A stretch of 49,798 nt of DNA, from contig JBAXAI010000027.1 of NCBI GenBank assembly GCA_037142615.1, forward strand, positions 1-49,798, written 5' to 3'. The notes below the pieces were generated by a model. It saw only the letters and a list, made by a program, of their open reading frames with translations. It did not search any database and was not told the origin of the DNA. Positions 1 through 9,921 of this stretch are shown here, piece by piece. This stretch comes from Spirochaetales bacterium (GTDB lineage Bacteria > Spirochaetota > Spirochaetia > JABEVK01). Made by a program: the position numbers and the translations under genes. The stretch's first letter is position 1; each line of letters starts with the position of its first letter.

Positions 1-19
1 GGACATCAGACCAAATTGC

Positions 20-883
20 TTAGGTCACTGTCCAGCCTCTGGGGGCCATCATAGTCGCAGCTGCCGCGGAAGCAGGAGGCGGGGCCGTTGTGCGCATCGA
101 AGCGGGAACCATGAAGAACTCGTCACTCAGGCTCAGGCTGCTGTATGGACTCTGCTTGCCGCCGGTGGCAGTCTTGACGTCTTTGGTGATGCGTGTGGCC
201 AGAATTTGCAGCGAAATGTCGGTCTTGATGTATTTCAGCAGCGCCTGGGTGAAGACGCCGTTGCGGCCGCTGCCTTCTGAGGCCGTGTCGCCAGGTGCGG
301 TCGAAAACAGCACCGCCGAACCTTCCACATTGGCGCTCTTGTTCACCACGCTCAGGCCACGGGTTCCGCCCAGCGAGCGGGAGTTCTTTTTGACAAATGG
401 ATTGTCGCGGCAGGCATCGAGGATGATGATGTCGGTGGTCACCTTGGCGTCGTCCATGGTCTGCTGCACCGTCGCCAGGCTCAGAGCGTCCTGCACCACG
501 TCGTCGGTGGTTTCAAAGGCCTCTTTGATGGGAATCAGGTAGTTTTGCCCGCCAATCTGAATGCCGTGCCCAGCGTAGAAGAAAAGCGCCGTCGGATTCT
601 TGGTGCCCGTCATGGCGTCGCGATAAGCCACCAAAGCCCGGTTCATGGCTTTGCGGTCACCGTCGATGAGCTTGGTCACCTTCCAGCCGATGCTGGCCAA
701 AGCGTCGGCCACGTCGTTGGCATCGTTCGCCGAATTGGCCAAGGCCGCCTCGCCGTCGTAGGCCGCATTGCCAATCACCAGCGCAAAACGGGCATCGTCG
801 TCGGCAAACGCCAACCCCGCCGTCAACGCCAGCAAGACCACTACGCGGAGCAAACTCCTCAATCCACTTGTATATGACAACAT
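20..883 (-). CDS. Secreted caspase-like protein (peptidase C14), copy 1; lacks the C-terminal membrane hairpin of its paralogs
   Basis: Signal peptide; ALVIGNAAY, FFYAGHG and IILDACR (His/Cys dyad); ends after a Pro/Ala linker. Exact start uncertain. Confidence 0.9.
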   Translation of the reverse strand: MLSYTSGLRSLLRVVVLLALTAGLAFADDDARFALVIGNAAYDGEAALANSANDANDVADALASIGWKVTKLIDGDRKAMNRALVAYRDAMTGTKNPTALFFYAGHGIQIGGQNYLIPIKEAFETTDDVVQDALSLATVQQTMDDAKVTTDIIILDACRDNPFVKKNSRSLGGTRGLSVVNKSANVEGSAVLFSTAPGDTASEGSGRNGVFTQALLKYIKTDISLQILATRITKDVKTATGGKQSPYSSLSLSDEFFMVPASMRTTAPPPASAAAATMMAPRGWTVT

Positions 884-936
884 GAGTTATCTATCGCCGC
901 AAACCCGGTCGGTGTCAAGGGCGGCGACAGCTTCAG

Positions 937-1242
937 CTAACCCGACACGACAATGGCGTACTTACGGATCGACGCCAAGAAACCCGACCGGTCGTGGTCT
1001 TCTTCCAGCAGGATGGGCTCGATGCGGGTGTCGAGGCCACTCGTCAACCGGAAAAGTTGGGCTTGGGCGTCCAGCGTACTTGACGGCCAATTCTTCACCA
1101 CCACGGCCACATCCAAATCACTCCCGTCCCGCTGATCACCCCTGGCATAGGAGCCATACAAAAGCACCTGCGCCGGATGAAACTCGGCCAGCACTCGAGT
1201 TGCATAGGCAGACACCTTAGCTAGAGCTTCTGTTTGATCCAC
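937..1242 (-). CDS. Minimal nucleotidyltransferase (MNT) antitoxin
   Basis: LYGSYARGDQRDGSDLD = GS-x10-DxD; GTG start at 1242 with AAGGAG SD; overlaps the end of the HEPN gene. Confidence 0.88.
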   Translation of the reverse strand: MDQTEALAKVSAYATRVLAEFHPAQVLLYGSYARGDQRDGSDLDVAVVVKNWPSSTLDAQAQLFRLTSGLDTRIEPILLEEDHDRSGFLASIRKYAIVVSG

Positions 1243-1613
1243 AGCAGGAACTCCTTGGTTTCGGCAACGAAGGCCGCACATGTAGCCTGCGTCAGGTTTG
1301 CGAGTAACTTCTCCCGGTCCGCCGGGTAGCGGGCAGAAATGTTCAGAGGCTCCAACCTGAAGACCAGCGTCATCTGCTGTTCGGACAGCGCGTCACGGAG
1401 GCCGCTCAGTTCCGCCAAGCGCCGCAAGGAGTGAGTATAGGGTGCCTCGCACTCTGAATTCGAAGCGTGGTACCCCTTCAATGCCTTTTCGATGGTTTGA
1501 TGGCACATGAACCCGACGTAAAGGTACCTGCGCGTTTCCAGCATCGCCTGAGCGGTGTCGAGATCGTAGTCGGCCAAATCGAGCCAATAGCGTACCCGGT
1601 CGGTGGGGTCCAT
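1221..1613 (-). CDS. HEPN domain protein (HEPN-MNT TA pair)
   Basis: W..LADYDLDTA, FMCHQTIEKALK, YTHSL and SARYP motifs; 130 aa; adjacent to MNT. Confidence 0.88.
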   Translation of the reverse strand: MDPTDRVRYWLDLADYDLDTAQAMLETRRYLYVGFMCHQTIEKALKGYHASNSECEAPYTHSLRRLAELSGLRDALSEQQMTLVFRLEPLNISARYPADREKLLANLTQATCAAFVAETKEFLLWIKQKL

Positions 1614-1619
1614 GCTTAC

Positions 1620-1648
1620 AGGGTAGTGTTGCCAACAGTCGGGGTCAA
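1620..1648 (-). promoter_or_regulatory. Sigma70-type promoter of HEPN-MNT (probably leaderless)
   Basis: TTGACC-N17-TACCT-like hexamer (TACCCT), 6 nt before the ATG at 1613. Confidence 0.6.
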
Positions 1649-1670
1649 GCACCGGGCATGCCCCCCGTGC

Positions 1671-1835
1671 CCCCTGCGGGGTCGCGGGGGTCGGGGTGGC
1701 TACGGGGTTCCCTTCTTCCGGCAAGGCCGGAAGGAACTTGGGGTCCGCCACTTGGCGGACCCCAACCCTGCGCCTCCCTCATGCAAACTCCGAAAACAAG
1801 GAGGGTTTTGTGAGTAGCGTGCAACTCACGCAGGG
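1671..1835. repeat. Cluster of GC-rich inverted repeats (REP/MITE-like or structured RNA)
   Basis: Stems 1715-1722/1726-1733, 1738-1750/1753-1765, 1810-1815/1824-1829 and 1766-1772/1829-1835. Confidence 0.55.
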
Positions 1836-1943
1836 GGCCAAGGCAAATGCTAGGGTACACCCACTGGATTTCTTGGGCGGCGAGGTCGGCCGACAACGAC
1901 GAGGAGAATCTGCGAGAGGAGGCCGTCCGGGTGATTCCGACGT

Positions 1944-3869
1944 CTACTGGAAGACCTCCGTAGCAAGCTCGACGTTGTACAAACTACTGCTAACGTTCCC
2001 AAGCGAAGTGACGGTGCCAGCAACACCCGTCGCCGTATTCCATGCCTGCACTGATAAAGTGTTTATGGGCCCCGCAGAAACTTGAACCGTCGTAGAGATA
2101 ACCCACGTTCCCGATGGGTCAACGTTGAGCATCCCACCATTGTTCGGTGTCCACTCGCGCAATGGGGAAGTAATGCTCCACCCGCCTGTCGCCGGGTCAA
2201 TGTTGTAGACATCCACTGTACTGTTCCCGGCCATGAAAAACACGAAGCCCTTCGTTCCAGTCTTGTTGACAACTACGTAGGAAATCCAAGACGTGCCACG
2301 GTCTACCGCCGACTGATAGGTCGCGGCCCCGGTGGTGGGGTCCAATTTGAATGTTTCAATCAGGTGGTTATTGGGCGTCGTTGTCGCTCCTACTACGTAC
2401 AGGAACTTTCCGTTGGGGTCCATCAGCAACGGAGGGGGCGTGGCAGGGGGAAGCACAGAAGTGGGGGCGGTAAACGACATCCACGTACCGGCAGCTACGC
2501 TAGGCGAAACGGGAAGCAGTTGGCCTGACGCCGTCCCCAGAGTAGCTTCATTCACTGGCAAGACCTCCAAGTTCCCATTTTGGTCCAGCACGTACAGATG
2601 AGTGCCTTTCGGATCCAGAATCTGCGCAACAGGCGCGTTTATGGTACCCGTCGATTGACTTGTGCCGCCAGTCAAACTACCATTGTTGTTAATGGTGTAA
2701 GACTGAACCGCTGGCGTTGCATTCATTGCATTCAATAAGTAGGCGCTGTGGCCAGCTGGACCTATCAGGAGTGAGGCGATGGTTGACGGTACAGCGGAAA
2801 TCTGACGGACCCAGGAATTTGCTTGGCCTGCCGAGGAAGTCGGAAACCCATAGACCGAAGCCTGGCCGGACGCCCAGAAGAAGACCTTGCTGCCGTCCGA
2901 AGCAAAAACGGGAGTCCAGAAGTTTCCTGCGATTGGACCAGTTACAGTGCCGAGATCGGTAACCGAACCGCTGTTTTGCATGGTCGTGATGGCACGTTGA
3001 GACGGGGTTGCACTATAGATGCCGGCCGCAACGAATTTTCCACCAATATCTGAGGAAATAGTTTGATTTGTCGATGTCCAGTTGGTCGGAACCGTCAATG
3101 CCGTCAAGGCTCCACTTGAAATATCCAGCTTCAATGGGAACGGACTGCCTGTATTCGGAACCAACATCACTAGATCGTACAGAGGACTAGGCGTCGAAAC
3201 CGAAACGGTGTATGTCTTGGTGCTCAGGTCAGCGGCCGTGACCACGTAGGACACACTACTGGAAAAATCTTGCACGGTCGAACCACTTGTTTGGACGGTT
3301 GTCCCGACCGCAACCGAGTTCCCGCTTGCTGAGAAAGTCGGAGTAAGCGCATAACGATAGGTGCCTACTGGAACGGTAACGACAATGGTTCCGGTTGTTC
3401 CACCCGTGGAAGAAATCACCGTAGAAGTAGAACCGGAAACGGAAAACGCTGTGATGTCTTTGGCGGTGTTTGTGGCCACAGTCACTGTCACCGTGTACTT
3501 CTTGGTGGTGGTTTTGTCTTTTGCCGTCACGGTGTAAGTGACAGGTTTCGTGAAGTTCTGAACGCCACCGGAAAGGGGACTGATGGTCGCACCGTCAGCC
3601 AAGGTAATCGTTGGAGTCAACGCATTGGGCGGAGTCCCGAAGGGAACAATGATGGCCACAGTTCCAGCTGCGTCGTCCACCACTCCGGTTGCCGCAGGAT
3701 CCACAAAAGTGAAGCCGGTGATTGAAGTATCTGCGATCTGCGCAGCCGTCACACCGGCCTCTTTATTTGTTTTGCCATTGAGGTCCGCAGGGCTGTCGAG
3801 CCCAGCGACTCCAGCAATGTCGCAGGCCGCCAGGGCCAACAAGAGACCAAACGATGCAAGCAGGCGCAT
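1944..3869 (-). CDS. Surface lipoprotein: two DUF5018-like Ig domains plus lactonase-like beta-propeller
   Basis: Lipobox LAAC; repeats ITxF..VPxGT..LTPT..Q(N/D)F..V(T/S)YxVTA.D..TKxYTV; DPxGxxLYV blades; TGATG overlap with the upstream gene. Confidence 0.8.
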   Translation of the reverse strand: MRLLASFGLLLALAACDIAGVAGLDSPADLNGKTNKEAGVTAAQIADTSITGFTFVDPAATGVVDDAAGTVAIIVPFGTPPNALTPTITLADGATISPLSGGVQNFTKPVTYTVTAKDKTTTKKYTVTVTVATNTAKDITAFSVSGSTSTVISSTGGTTGTIVVTVPVGTYRYALTPTFSASGNSVAVGTTVQTSGSTVQDFSSSVSYVVTAADLSTKTYTVSVSTPSPLYDLVMLVPNTGSPFPLKLDISSGALTALTVPTNWTSTNQTISSDIGGKFVAAGIYSATPSQRAITTMQNSGSVTDLGTVTGPIAGNFWTPVFASDGSKVFFWASGQASVYGFPTSSAGQANSWVRQISAVPSTIASLLIGPAGHSAYLLNAMNATPAVQSYTINNNGSLTGGTSQSTGTINAPVAQILDPKGTHLYVLDQNGNLEVLPVNEATLGTASGQLLPVSPSVAAGTWMSFTAPTSVLPPATPPPLLMDPNGKFLYVVGATTTPNNHLIETFKLDPTTGAATYQSAVDRGTSWISYVVVNKTGTKGFVFFMAGNSTVDVYNIDPATGGWSITSPLREWTPNNGGMLNVDPSGTWVISTTVQVSAGPINTLSVQAWNTATGVAGTVTSLGNVSSSLYNVELATEVFQ

Positions 3870-5119
3870 CAGGAACCTCCCAACTGGGCGAGTGATCGAT
3901 CGACATCGGTGATCTGCTTGTCGATGCTCGAGGTGTCGGCCCCCATGAACAGCGAACTGATCACGGTCAGCAGTCCGGCACCGGCCGCACCGGCTCCCGC
4001 AGGGAAAAGGATGTTCATCAGCTTGCCCTGGTCGCGGGCAGCGTCGAACTGGGTCTGGTTGGTGGCTGCGCCATAGAGCGACGGTACTTGCGTGGCCGCG
4101 TAGTAGGCGTACCCGCCAAGTCCGGCGCCGCCGAGGGTGAGTACCCAGCCGAGTGCCGAGACGACACCGCCGGGTCCGCCTTTCTGCAACACTTGCTGCT
4201 TTTGCAGATTGAGAGTGGCCTTTTGCAACATCAGGGTGGCCTTCACGTCGTTGTTGTTCTTGGCCGCCGGAGCCGCTACGACCGCTGCCGGGGCGGGCGC
4301 GGTGACGATCACGTTGCCAGCCGACGCGGGAGCGGGAGTGCCCGTGCGCAGCGACGCGTTCACCATGTAGAAGTCGTCACTGAGCGCGAGGCTGCTGTAG
4401 GGGGTCTGCTTGCCGCCGGTGGCGGTTTTGACGTCTTTGGTGACGCGGGTGGCGATCTGCTGCAGGGTCAGGTCGGTCTTGAGGTACTTGAGCAGGGCCT
4501 GGGTGAACACCCCGTTGCGGCCCGTGCCGTCGGCAGCGGTGTCGCCGGGTGCGGTGCTGAACAGGACCGCCGAGCCCTCCACGTTGGGACTCTTGTTGAC
4601 GACGCTGAGGCCTCGGGTACCACCGAGCGAGCGGGTGTTCTTTTTGACGAACGGATTATCGCGGCAGGCGTCGAGAATGACGATGTTGGTGAGCACCTTG
4701 GCGTCGTCGAACGTGTTGAGAATGGTCTGCAAGCTCATAGCGTCGTTGGTGATGTCGTCGGGAGTCTCGAAGGTTTCGCCGACGGGGAGCAGGTAGTTCT
4801 GGCTGTTGATCTGCACGCCGTGGCCCGCATAGAACAACAGTGCGGTGGGGTTCCGGGTGCCACTCATGGCGTCGCGGAAGCTGGCCAGCGCCTTGTTCAT
4901 GGCCTTGCGGTCGCCGTTGATCAGCTTGGTGACCTTCCAGCCGATGGCGGCCAGGGTGTCGGCCATGTCGCTGGCGTCATTGGCCGAATTGGCCAGTGCG
5001 GCGTCGCCGTCGTAAGATGCGTTACCGATTACGAGCGCGTAGCGGGCTTCGTCTTCCGCCGCCCATGCAGCCGAGGCGAGCAGCAGCAACGCCACCATCA
5101 AAACAACTTTTTTTCCCAT
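3869..5119 (-). CDS. Secreted caspase-like protein (C14), copy 2, with C-terminal Gly-rich helical hairpin
   Basis: Signal peptide; LFYAGHG and VILDACR; two Gly/Ala-rich hydrophobic helices; GGAGGG SD. Confidence 0.92.
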   Translation of the reverse strand: MGKKVVLMVALLLLASAAWAAEDEARYALVIGNASYDGDAALANSANDASDMADTLAAIGWKVTKLINGDRKAMNKALASFRDAMSGTRNPTALLFYAGHGVQINSQNYLLPVGETFETPDDITNDAMSLQTILNTFDDAKVLTNIVILDACRDNPFVKKNTRSLGGTRGLSVVNKSPNVEGSAVLFSTAPGDTAADGTGRNGVFTQALLKYLKTDLTLQQIATRVTKDVKTATGGKQTPYSSLALSDDFYMVNASLRTGTPAPASAGNVIVTAPAPAAVVAAPAAKNNNDVKATLMLQKATLNLQKQQVLQKGGPGGVVSALGWVLTLGGAGLGGYAYYAATQVPSLYGAATNQTQFDAARDQGKLMNILFPAGAGAAGAGLLTVISSLFMGADTSSIDKQITDVDRSLAQLGGS

Positions 5120-5142
5120 GGCGTTTCCCTCCTAGGGTAAAC

Positions 5143-5175
5143 CTGAATTATCCGGCCGAATGTTCAGCCGGTCAA
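5143..5175 (-). promoter_or_regulatory. Conserved promoter of caspase-lipoprotein unit 2
   Basis: TTGACC-N17-GATAAT-TCAG, same architecture as units 3 and 4. Confidence 0.75.
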
Positions 5176-5185
5176 TATCGACTGT

Positions 5186-8100
5186 CTACTGAATCTTGCG
5201 AATCCTATGGTTGAACAGGTCGGCGACATACAATGCCCCAGTCGGGTCAACGGCTATGCCGATCGGGAAATAGAACTTAGCCGAAGTGCCTTGCGCATCC
5301 ACGTAGCCATAGACACCCGGAGTTCCGGCCAAAGTGCTTACCCAACCACCAGGCGCAATCCAGCGGATGGTATGTCCTGCATAGTCGGCAACAAAGAGGT
5401 TGCCCCGGCTGTCGCAAGCCAAGCCCATAGGATCCTTGAACGAGGCGGCCGTTCCTTGGCCATCGACCTCGTCCGGTGTTCCCGAGCCAGCGTAGGTGAT
5501 CGTCAGGCCACTCGCGATGGTGATACGCCGGATGACGTTGTTGCCACCATCGGCGACATAAACATACGTGTTGGTGGGATCCACCGCGATGCCCTTCGGT
5601 GAGTAGAATGACGATGTAGCGCCGCTTGATCCATTGACGAAGCCGCTCGCACCCGAGGTTCCAGCCAGCACGGTTGAACTACCCCCAGGCAAGCTGACTT
5701 TTCGGATGACATGGTTGACGTAATCGGCAACATACAAATTGCTCGCCGTGGGGTCGACGCTCACCCCTATTGGGTTGCCTTGGCCCGTGGCCAAGGTTGT
5801 CACTGCCCCTGAGGTGGCGATCCGGCGGATCACTTGATTGCTGTAGTCAGCGACATAAAGGACGCCCGAAGAATCCGAAACCACGTCGTAGGGGTTGTTG
5901 AAACTTGCCAATGCCCCTGAATTGTTTTGCTGCCCGGAGCCTCCGCCAACAAGGCCGGCGTACAAGCTAACCACGTTGGTGCTCAAGTTAATCTGCCGGA
6001 TTTGGTTGCTAAACTCGTCAGCTACGTAGACGAACCCGGTACTACCATTGTTGTAGTACGTGACTCCCGAAGGTTGGTCGAACTGTGCAGCTGTCGCAAA
6101 ACCGCCGTTGCCCCCCATCGCGGCCGTGCCGTTTCCTGCAAGTAGGCTGACGGTTCCAGTATTGGCCAGCACAAAAACAGTCCACGTACTTGTGCCGGCG
6201 GTCCCGGTCAGTGTGTAGGTGACCGAACTTGTGAAGTTGTTGGCCGTGGCACCGGTGGACTGCGTGGTAACTCCGACTTTGACCGTCGTACTCGCTGTCG
6301 TCGTGAACGTGGCCGCCAGACTCGATAAGGTCGTCCCCGTGGGAACTTGCACCGCGACGATTCGGTTGGTGGTGTCTATCGTGGTCTTGGTGGAGCCAGG
6401 CAGTGTAAAGGATTTGAAGACGGGAGCCCATTGAGCCTGCAGCGCGATATCGGTGCCATACGGGTAAACGAAGGTCGCCTTGTCGCCATAGGCATCTCCC
6501 GTCCCGTTTGCCAGCGTGTTCCAGCCTTTGAACACGTAGTCGGTGGGTCCGGTGTAGGTCAGGTTCAGCAGGGTGACCGACGTGCCGTAGCTCACACTGG
6601 GCTGGCTTGCCAGATATCCCGACCCGCCGTTCGGATAGTAGGAGATCGTGTAGGTTCGTGGGGTGTACTGAGCATAGAGCGGCAGGTTGGCCACGATGCC
6701 TGCTGGGAAATTAGCCTGATCGTAGTAGGTGGTCCCCAACCCGTTTGAAGCGGTGTTCCACGAAGCAAAGTCGTAGCCATACGGTGGCGTGAGGGTGGAG
6801 GGGCTGAGATTGGTGGAAACCCCTGCCTGAATGGATTGGGACGCCATGGAGCTGGCCGCTCCCGTTAGCACGGAGTTCAGGTTGAAGGTGACGTTGTAAA
6901 ACAGCCCGGTCCACACGGCGTAGAGTGTGGTGCTGCCCGCACCCATGAGGTAGTTGGCACCATCAGTGAAGTCCACGGCCCCGCCGGAGGTTTTGCTCCA
7001 GCCCGCAAACGTAAACGCTGCCCGACTGAACGCGTTGGCCGTGAGCGCCGGCGTTGTATTGAAGACCAGGGACTGGTCGGCCATCGTGCCCGAGCCGCCG
7101 TTGGCGTTGAAGGTCACTTTGTACGTGTTGATGTTCCACTGGGCATAAAGGGTCACCGTCGCACCTGCTGCATCCGTTCTAGGGTAGGCCGCGCCATCGG
7201 TGTAGGCGACAGTCCCACCCGAAGTGTTTGACCAGCCGGTAAAGGTATAGCCGGTGCGGGTAACAGCAGTGCCTATCGCGGTGAGGTTTGTCGTTGCAGT
7301 GGGACTCAAAGGAAGGTCAGCCAAAGTTGAGGACCCACCATTGGCATTGAATGTGACGTGGTTCCAGGCGGTCCATTGCGCGAAAAGGGTAAGACCGGAG
7401 GTCGTCAAGGGAACGGAAGTGGCTCCGTCGACATAGGCAACAGTTCCATTCGAGGTGGTTGACCAGCCGGTAAAGATGTACTGGGGTCGAGAAAACCCGT
7501 TGGCATTGAGCGTGGCGTTACCGGCAAGCGAAGTTTGGGCTGTTGTAGAACCGGAGCCGTCGTTCTTGGCAAATGTGATCGTTCCCATGGCCACCGAAGA
7601 CCAGACCGCGTACAAAGTGACATTGTCCGAACCCATGGTGAAGAGGGCTGTGTCACCGTAAGTGACCGCGCCAGTGGAAGTGGTGGACCAGCCGGCAAAA
7701 TAACTGACACTTGGTCCGGCCAACAAGCTTGGACTGGGGAGGTTGATCTGCGACTGATAGACCAGAGTCTGTGAGGCCGGTACGGTTCCTGTCCCTCCTG
7801 TACCGGCGTTGAACGACAGCGTGAAACTCGCGATGGTCCACATCGCATACAGAGTGGTATCGGCGGCAGGAAGGTAGTAGGTGGCACCCCCCTGATATCT
7901 CCTGCCCGACCCGTCGGCCTTGGTGTTCCACATGGCAAAATCGTAGCCCGTTTTGGTGAAGCCATTGGTCAGCGTTACTGTGGACTGGTAGTCAGCGGTA
8001 AGCTCCGCCCCGTCGCTGGTGTTGCCATAGAAAGTTACCTTGAACTGGCTGATGGCCCAAACCGCGTAAAGCGTGTCGTTCGTATCAGCCATGGTGTAGC

Positions 8101-8647
8101 TGTCCTGGTCGTTGTACTTAACCGTACCCGATGGCGTTCCCGACCAGCCCAAAAAGTGGTAGCCGATGCGCGTGAATCCATTCACGGTGAGTTTCGTGGT
8201 GCCGCCGACAATGATCTTCTGGTCGCCGGTTGCCCCGCCATCGGCACCGTTGCCGTCGAACGTAATCTTGTTGGTCTGATGAGGTGTCCACTGCGCGTAG
8301 AGTGTCAGGTCTGCGAGAGCCGGAAGGCTAAAGCTTGAACCGTCAGTATAGGTGTCGCCCTTGCCATCCTTTTGGGTATTCCAGCTGAGGAATGTCCAGC
8401 CCGTACCACGCTCAAAGCGCAGCGGGGCCAGTTTCTGAGCCTTCCCCGCGTCGAAGACCTGGGCGTCCATGGTGCCGGTGGCAGTGGCTGTGTCATCGTT
8501 CTTGTCAAAAGTGACTTTGTACCCGGTGGTCTCTTTGCCAACGTTGACGGCAGCGTGCACGTCGGCGGGGTTCGCGAAATCGTTGGTGCCCGCTAGGTCG
8601 CAACCGGCGAGCAGGGCTACCAAGGCAAAAGCTGTCCAAAGTTTCAC
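5186..8647 (-). CDS. Surface lipoprotein: nine InlB B-repeat (Listeria-Bacteroides) domains, one DUF5018-like domain, C-terminal NHL propeller
   Basis: Lipobox LAGC; nine xVTF..N.G...F.GW...TLYA.W repeats; P.G(I/V)AVD..G.LYVAD..NH.IRKI repeats; GTGA overlap with the upstream gene. Confidence 0.88.
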   Translation of the reverse strand: MKLWTAFALVALLAGCDLAGTNDFANPADVHAAVNVGKETTGYKVTFDKNDDTATATGTMDAQVFDAGKAQKLAPLRFERGTGWTFLSWNTQKDGKGDTYTDGSSFSLPALADLTLYAQWTPHQTNKITFDGNGADGGATGDQKIIVGGTTKLTVNGFTRIGYHFLGWSGTPSGTVKYNDQDSYTMADTNDTLYAVWAISQFKVTFYGNTSDGAELTADYQSTVTLTNGFTKTGYDFAMWNTKADGSGRRYQGGATYYLPAADTTLYAMWTIASFTLSFNAGTGGTGTVPASQTLVYQSQINLPSPSLLAGPSVSYFAGWSTTSTGAVTYGDTALFTMGSDNVTLYAVWSSVAMGTITFAKNDGSGSTTAQTSLAGNATLNANGFSRPQYIFTGWSTTSNGTVAYVDGATSVPLTTSGLTLFAQWTAWNHVTFNANGGSSTLADLPLSPTATTNLTAIGTAVTRTGYTFTGWSNTSGGTVAYTDGAAYPRTDAAGATVTLYAQWNINTYKVTFNANGGSGTMADQSLVFNTTPALTANAFSRAAFTFAGWSKTSGGAVDFTDGANYLMGAGSTTLYAVWTGLFYNVTFNLNSVLTGAASSMASQSIQAGVSTNLSPSTLTPPYGYDFASWNTASNGLGTTYYDQANFPAGIVANLPLYAQYTPRTYTISYYPNGGSGYLASQPSVSYGTSVTLLNLTYTGPTDYVFKGWNTLANGTGDAYGDKATFVYPYGTDIALQAQWAPVFKSFTLPGSTKTTIDTTNRIVAVQVPTGTTLSSLAATFTTTASTTVKVGVTTQSTGATANNFTSSVTYTLTGTAGTSTWTVFVLANTGTVSLLAGNGTAAMGGNGGFATAAQFDQPSGVTYYNNGSTGFVYVADEFSNQIRQINLSTNVVSLYAGLVGGGSGQQNNSGALASFNNPYDVVSDSSGVLYVADYSNQVIRRIATSGAVTTLATGQGNPIGVSVDPTASNLYVADYVNHVIRKVSLPGGSSTVLAGTSGASGFVNGSSGATSSFYSPKGIAVDPTNTYVYVADGGNNVIRRITIASGLTITYAGSGTPDEVDGQGTAASFKDPMGLACDSRGNLFVADYAGHTIRWIAPGGWVSTLAGTPGVYGYVDAQGTSAKFYFPIGIAVDPTGALYVADLFNHRIRKIQ

Positions 8648-9855
8648 TGGTTGGCTCCTGCCATGGTCCGGTCGATCTCGGCAATCTTTTGGTCAATTGA
8701 GGCGGTGTCGGGGCCGGTGAAAAAGGGAACCACCAAGGCCCCCAAACCACCGACGGCGAGCGCGATGCCACCGCTAAACAGGATGTTGCCCAGGTCTTTG
8801 GTAGCCCGTGCGGCGTCCCAACCCAGTTGACGAGCCGTAAGATCGGTCAACCCCGTCGCAGTCGCGTAAGCGGCCTTAGCCTGCTGCACGCTGAGGTAGC
8901 CCCACACAGAGGCCCCCACGCCCGCAGCGCTACCCGCCAGCCCCGCCCAGGTGAGCCAGCCCAACGGACTGGGTCCGCTCAGCAGGGTTTTGCGCTTGGC
9001 GACCAAGGCGCTTCGCTGGCCCAACAAGGCCACCTGCGCCCCGCTGATGTTCGAACTCGCCGAGCTGGATGGAGTCAGCGTTTTGCGCATCGATGCGGGC
9101 ACCAGGTAAAAGTCGTCGCTCAGGCTCAGGCTGTTGTAGGGGGTCTGCTTGCCGCCGGTGAGGGTCTTGACGTCTTTGGTGACTTTGGTGGCGAGGTCTT
9201 GCAGTTTGAGATCGCTGTCCAGGTACTTGAGCAGCACCTGAGTGAACGTGCCATTGCGGCCAGTGCCGTCGGCTGCGGTCTCGCCGGGTGCCGTGGAAAA
9301 CATGACAGCGGTGCCTTCGACACTTGCGGATTTGTTCACCACTGTTAGGCCGCGGGTGCCATTCAACGAGCGCGAGTTCTTTTTGGCGAACGGGTTGTCG
9401 CGGCAGGCATCGAGGATGAAAATGTCCACCGAAACTTTGGCGTCATCGAAGGCCGTTTGCACCGTGTTCAGCGACAAGGCGTCGGTGATGATGTCGTCGG
9501 GGGTCTCGAAGGCCTCGTGGAGGGGAATCAGGTAGTTCTGGCCGTTGATTTGCACGCCGTGCCCCGCGTAGTAAAACAGGGCCACCGGGTTCTCAGCTTT
9601 GCTCATGGCGTCGCGGAAGTCCTGAAGGGTGCGGTTCATCGCCTTGCGGTCGCCGTTGATGAGCTTGGTGACCTTCCACCCAATGTTGCCCAGCGCTTCG
9701 GCCACGTCGCTGGCGTCGTTGGCCGCATTGGCCAGCGCCGCCTCGCCGTCGTAGGCGGCATTGCCCATGACAAAGGCAAAACGGTTGTCGTCGGGCGCTG
9801 CCCATACGGTTCCAGCAAGAGAAGCAAGAAGCATGATCACAGCGGTACGGTACAT
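8644..9855 (-). CDS. Secreted caspase-like protein (C14), copy 3, with C-terminal helical hairpin
   Basis: Signal peptide from ATG 9855; FYYAGHG and FILDACR; same C-terminal module as copy 2. Confidence 0.92.
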   Translation of the reverse strand: MYRTAVIMLLASLAGTVWAAPDDNRFAFVMGNAAYDGEAALANAANDASDVAEALGNIGWKVTKLINGDRKAMNRTLQDFRDAMSKAENPVALFYYAGHGVQINGQNYLIPLHEAFETPDDIITDALSLNTVQTAFDDAKVSVDIFILDACRDNPFAKKNSRSLNGTRGLTVVNKSASVEGTAVMFSTAPGETAADGTGRNGTFTQVLLKYLDSDLKLQDLATKVTKDVKTLTGGKQTPYNSLSLSDDFYLVPASMRKTLTPSSSASSNISGAQVALLGQRSALVAKRKTLLSGPSPLGWLTWAGLAGSAAGVGASVWGYLSVQQAKAAYATATGLTDLTARQLGWDAARATKDLGNILFSGGIALAVGGLGALVVPFFTGPDTASIDQKIAEIDRTMAGANQ

Positions 9856-9873
9856 CGTGGATTCCAACTTTTG

Positions 9874-9906
9874 CTGAATTATCTCCCCCGATCTTCAATA
9901 GGTCAA
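9874..9906 (-). promoter_or_regulatory. Conserved promoter of unit 3
   Basis: TTGACC-N17-GATAAT-TCAG. Confidence 0.75.
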
Positions 9907-9921
9907 GAGTAGCTGACTGAA

